From assembly GCA_977020255.1 (NCBI GenBank), contig CDROCS010000752.1, positions 62,001 through 126,000 of the forward strand: DNA of 64,000 nt. The letters run 5' to 3'. The notes beneath the pieces were generated by a model, which was given only the letters and a program-made list of their open reading frames with translations, had not been told where the DNA came from and did no database searches. Positions 59,374-64,000 of the stretch are shown here, piece by piece (within the stretch, counting starts at the first letter, position 1; each line of letters starts with the position of its first letter). The position numbers and the translations under genes were made by a program. The stretch is from Obrimoposthia wandeli. Lineage: Eukaryota.

Positions 59374-61072
59374 CTAATACTTTCCCGAACTCAATAAAAC
59401 TTATTTCAAAAATGATTCTTTAGCATATTATACATTATTTAAAATAGTTAACAATATTTAAAGATATTTCTATTTTAAATATATTGATGTTCAATATTAT
59501 ACAGAATTATTTGTATAATTCGAAAATTTACCCAATTCAGCATATTTTATGTCAGCCACGTATGATTCCCATAATTTATGTACAATTAAGTTTACATATT
59601 AGAAAGATTCCTCTGATTTGACACATTTTATTTCTTTTTAAAACTATTTGTGTACATTTATAGACATATTTTTCCATTTAAAACATTTATTTATGATAAA
59701 TTCGTTTTAATTCTATTCATATTCATATAACATTTTGAATCATTATTTATTGTAGAATAAAAGTAACAAATTCAACTAAATGTATATAACTTAATGAAAT
59801 TAAAATTGTTTTAAATCGAATTATGTATAAAGAAAACAAAATTTTACAATGTAAACACAAAAAAGTATGTTCACTACAAATATTTTTTGATAAAAACCAC
59901 AACGTGAGTTGGTTTTTCTGTGTTTTTTATCCATCACACTTTGAACTTTGACAGATTCCGGTAAATAAAAGTTGTGAAGTATTTAACTTTCGACATATGG
60001 TAATCTACGTTTGCAATAATATTGATCATACAGATTGTTTAGTTTCATTGCAACAACTACAACACCACAGAAGGGAAGAATGCAGAATGTAATCTTCTAC
60101 GACACTTTGTTTTGATTGGAAATTCACATATCAACTGTTTTAAATCGTCCGCTTGATTTCTATTCATCGTAAAAAGCAACCATTTCTGGTTTCCCTTCGA
60201 TAGCGTAGTTTTGCTTTCCGTGTTTATCTGTTACCATGGTATCGTTTCTTTTGTCCCACGTACATTATAGAAAATTATCGAATCACGTATTTGTCGTCTA
60301 ACATAAATTTTCTTTATGTGTAAAGTCGTTTTTGTTTTCTCAAACAGTTCATACTTAGGAAAACTTGTTCTCTAAAATACATTCCTTGAGTGAAATTAGG
60401 TGAAGAAACTATCACTCGTTCTAGTTCGAAATTATTTTAGATAATGGTAACAAACTTTCCTGGCGATTGCTTCACTTATTGGCGTCTTTTTCTTCTAGAG
60501 ACAGTTCCATCTCCAGAGTTAATGCATAGTTATTGAAATTATTTAATCCAAAATACTAGATCCATCAATGTTAAAACTTATTTGTCTTTAAGGCTCGTAA
60601 CCCTATTCAAAATTTCGATGCAAAACCATGCCAGATTTACCCTCAATTAAGCTTTCCATATCTTAATACACTTACGTTACTTTCTTGGTTTAATGATATC
60701 ATTTTCATTAGCATTATTTCATGTGCAACACCATCAGGTTCTATCTGATCTGCAAAGAAATATTTGACTGAAATTTTATAATTAGTAACAAAAATACATG
60801 AATGAATATGTACTCTGTAAAGAGAATAGCTGTTTTTCAACCAATATTATAAGAATATTGATTTTTAAGCCTAATATTAATAAAAATCGTTATATAGCAT
60901 TGATATTTTAAACTATCCACATTGTATATTACTATAAAAAACGAACGTTTACATTTAATAAATCATATTCTTGTAATTTATTTTAATTTATTATGCGTTT
61001 TTATAAGCTTAATCATATATTTATTAAACGTATAGTTTATTAAAAAATTGTTAGGTTCAGAAGAAAATTAGT

Positions 61073-61145
61073 TGCCACGACCGGGAAATGAAGCTCGGGC
61101 CTCAGTACTTGCAAATCGTGCATTCTACCACTGAACTATCGCAGC
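61073..61145 (-). pseudogene. tRNA-like sequence (Gly-type D arm, TGC at anticodon position, unpaired anticodon stem)
   Basis: Acceptor stem GCTGCGA/TCGTGGC and D stem GTTC/GAAT pair; T arm is degenerate; anticodon stem does not pair. Confidence 0.6.
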
Positions 61146-62365
61146 TCGTTATCTTTCCGGTAACCCAACTAAGAATTTCTGACTGATTATGCACTTATAA
61201 TTGTCAGTAACTAATTTTTATCAAATACTTTTTTAACTTACTTCTAAGTAATTATTTAAATTCATTCAGTTAGACAGTAAGCTTAAGTCAACGTTTATGA
61301 GTTGGTTCTTAGTTGTTACGAATTAGGTATTTTTAATATTAAAAAAGTATATCAAAATACATCAATGCGTAAAGCCTACCTAAACTCAACATATACAAAA
61401 AAGGATTAAATTTATAATTTAGTTCGTCTAATAAAATTATATTTACAAGTGAAAAATATTGTTATTTCTGAAAATTGTAATTTGTGTATCTTTAATAACG
61501 TATACTTTCAAATTTTCTTAAAATATGTTTATCTTAATGGGGTGAGTTGATTAGATTTAGTTTTTTATCCTTTATATATATAGAAAACGAGAATCACAAG
61601 CAAATCGTTAAAAGAATTCATATGAACAGCTGTTCCGTATCAATTCTGGTTCTCAATGAGGAAGATTATGGTGTGTTTCTTAACAGTGGATTCTCTTCAC
61701 GAATGCCTTTTGCCACAGTTTTAGAATCTCCAGAAAAGAAACTTGCAAGTAAGCTCATTTTGTTCAACATAAATAAAAAATAACTGAAATATTTTTACAG
61801 TGTTTTGTGTTCATTGGGAAGTATCTAAATGTTGATTAAAGTAGCTTTGTAAACCTTATTAAGATGTTAAAGAAAGTAATAGTGTTTTTATTAAAATCAA
61901 TGAACTGTAAATTTTAGGACATTTAGATAAAATTGGTATAACAGGTTATTCTGTTTATATTAATTATGTATCATGGGGATTTATTGAATCAGGATTATAA
62001 TGTGCACGTGTAAATCTCTATAATTCAATCAAATTCAAAAATAAATAAATAAAATATATAAATATTTTTGTATAGATTATTATTAATTTTTTGTTTTTAA
62101 AATTTACTAAAATATTTCCATTTAATTCTTAAATTACCTAAAATAAATCATAAATTCTTCTTCTATTTTTCTTTCCTCTAAGTTAATATATAATTTTTTA
62201 TTTATTTATCTCAAATACACTGTAAAATGCATTATTTAAAATACACAAAAGTGAAGTTTAATTAATTTTAATAATGTTTGTTTAAATGTAAATGAAGGTC
62301 AGTCGTGTAATTTCATATCAATTTCATTCAAAATCGTAACAGTTTTATGAAAACAGTTTTACAGA

Positions 62366-62564
62366 ATGAAGCGCCAAAAAGTGTCTCCTAGACTCTGTGT
62401 AATAAAAAATTGGGGAACTTCATACGGCTTTAATTTAACTACTAGGAAATTCAATGATGGCCTGGAGTATCATTATATCAACGACGTAGCTGGATGTTCT
62501 AGTGCAATGCATGCTGGACTAGAAAAAGGCGATAGAGTTATTGAAGTTAATGGTGTTAGCATAG
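62366..62564 (+). CDS. NHERF/PDZK1-type PDZ domain exon (paralog 2)
   Basis: Same 199-nt length and splice phases as 54706-54904, with the same upstream AAG|GTCAGTCGTG donor. Confidence 0.8.
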
Positions 62565-63050
62565 GTATGTGATTGATCATAGAGTTTTTAATTATAATAA
62601 TTGTGCCCTTTATCTTTGGGCTCTTTTAATGATTAGTTTGAGTTTAACTCTGATAAAGTTTGTGTGGAATATTAATTCCTTTCTTTTAGAATACTTATCG
62701 CCAATTCGAACGTTTTCACATACCCGTTATTACTCATTTACCAAAGTTTAATTTTGCATTGTTCTTATCTTCTTTTTAGTGTGAAAAGTCGATGGAATTA
62801 TTGAAGTTAATGATGTTAGCATAGGTATGTGATTGATCATAGAGTTTTTATTTATAATAATTGTGCCCTTTATCTTTAGGATTTTTTACTGATTAGTTTG
62901 AGTTTAACTCTGATAAAGTTTGTGTGGAAGATTAATTCCTTTCTTTTAGAATACTTATCGTCAATTCGAACGTTTTCACATACCCGTTATTACTCATTTA
63001 CCAAAGTTAAAATCAATTTTGATTTTGTCTTATCTTCTTTTTAGTGTGAA
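62538..63050. repeat. Tandem duplication, 260-bp period, copying the PDZ exon 3' end and donor site
   Basis: TTATTGAAGTTAAT at 62538 and 62798. Confidence 0.9.
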
Positions 63051-63689
63051 AATGAGTTTATTAACTGAATTATCGTGTGCTGACTTAATCCATGCATAAA
63101 TAATACTTTTCTGCACCACGTTTCTCTAATCCTATTTCTTATTTACAAACAAATTAATCTTTTTTTGGAATTCATCAAATAAGCCATTTATATTTTCAAA
63201 TATTTTATTGTAGAAGTTGTTTATGGGTTGATTTAAAATAAATTTCACAAATAAGAAACATTAACTGAATATAAAAAGAAGGCGTAAATGTACAAGTAAA
63301 AATGGAATAAACATCAAATGCACTGAAATATGACTTTAATGTCTAATTCACACATCACATCCGCAATTAAGTTAGAAATAAATTAAAAAATATCAATTCT
63401 TGGGTATATGGGTTTAAAATGATTCGAAAGTTAAACGCTGAAATATTTGAATTATGTTGCTTGAAGTAAAACTCTAATAAGCACAACAACTTTTGAAGAA
63501 ATGATAAAGAAGAAAGATTTTTCATAGAAAGAGGGTCACAAGTTCAGAAATTTTCTTTCTTTAAAATCAATTGACTCTTCGAATACCTTAATAAATATTA
63601 TGAACAGAGTACATCACTATATTGTAACAGGATTTGAAAATATCAGAATAAAAAGAAAGAATTTGTTTGGTATAAGAGTTATTTACTTT

Positions 63690-63910
63690 TGCACAAACAA
63701 TCTGCTATAATCAATGACACTGTCTCAGATCCTAGATACATAACATGTGGGTCGATTCTTGGTACTTTCCTTTTTTCGATTAATATTTCGTTAATCGCAG
63801 CGATTAATAATATGATATTCATTTCCACCTTCATTAATAAAAGTAAATGGATGAAATCAAGTCAATGGAAGAGGAATGAACAGAACACTGAGGCTATATT
63901 ACATTGATCT
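63690..63910 (+). mobile_element. LINE RT relic
   Basis: CGSILGTFLFSINI (GSILGPLLF-like) and WMK. Confidence 0.4.
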
Positions 63911-64000
63911 AAGACTAACATATAATTAACTTTATCAATACGAAACTGTCCTTTAAGTTAGTCATATGATGCAGCATGTTTAGTTGTATAATGTCTCTTA

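Noticed and set aside
60676-60749. Upstream coding exon of the stathmin-like gene
   Set aside because: It has good splice sites, but no phase combination gives an open frame into 53989 or 54002. It may be UTR or belong to another gene.
61073-61145. Functional tRNA-Ala(TGC)
   Set aside because: The anticodon stem cannot pair and the T-loop lacks TTC.

Overview
AT-rich eukaryotic (invertebrate-like) genomic DNA, not prokaryotic. The host cannot be identified from the sequence, but it has a class of very short introns (~38-48 nt). Bases ~400-18197 are an endogenous Maverick/Polinton (adintovirus-like) element. It carries pPolB, adenain protease, major and minor capsid proteins, retroviral-type integrase, packaging ATPase and pX/pVI-like core proteins; most large core genes are broken by stops or frameshifts. 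Its right end (5'-AGTAGG on the minus strand) cuts a Gypsy integrase, and its left end is not in the window. The most unusual part is the accessory gene set, which looks like a kit for taking over host transcription: a Maf-family bZIP, a TBP-like protein, an acidic-activator/AT-hook protein and a SERTA-like protein. At least eight tiny spliceosomal introns can be placed in the element, including one in the core protease gene and two that join a Cys-rich/acidic leader in frame to the polymerase. The rest of the window is host DNA. It has an 18-bp palindromic satellite with a higher-order structure, two head-to-head LRR-like type I membrane genes with mosaic identity, a stathmin-domain gene with a 12.6-kb TE-filled intron, and two paralogous NHERF-type PDZ exons. 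TEs include a gag-only LTR tandem nested in a LINE, a hAT/Buster element with an apparently newly gained GC-AG intron, a hAT MITE, a piggyBac, Tc1/mariner and LINE relics, and two tRNA-like sequences. All family assignments are by-eye motif recognition; no database search was run.
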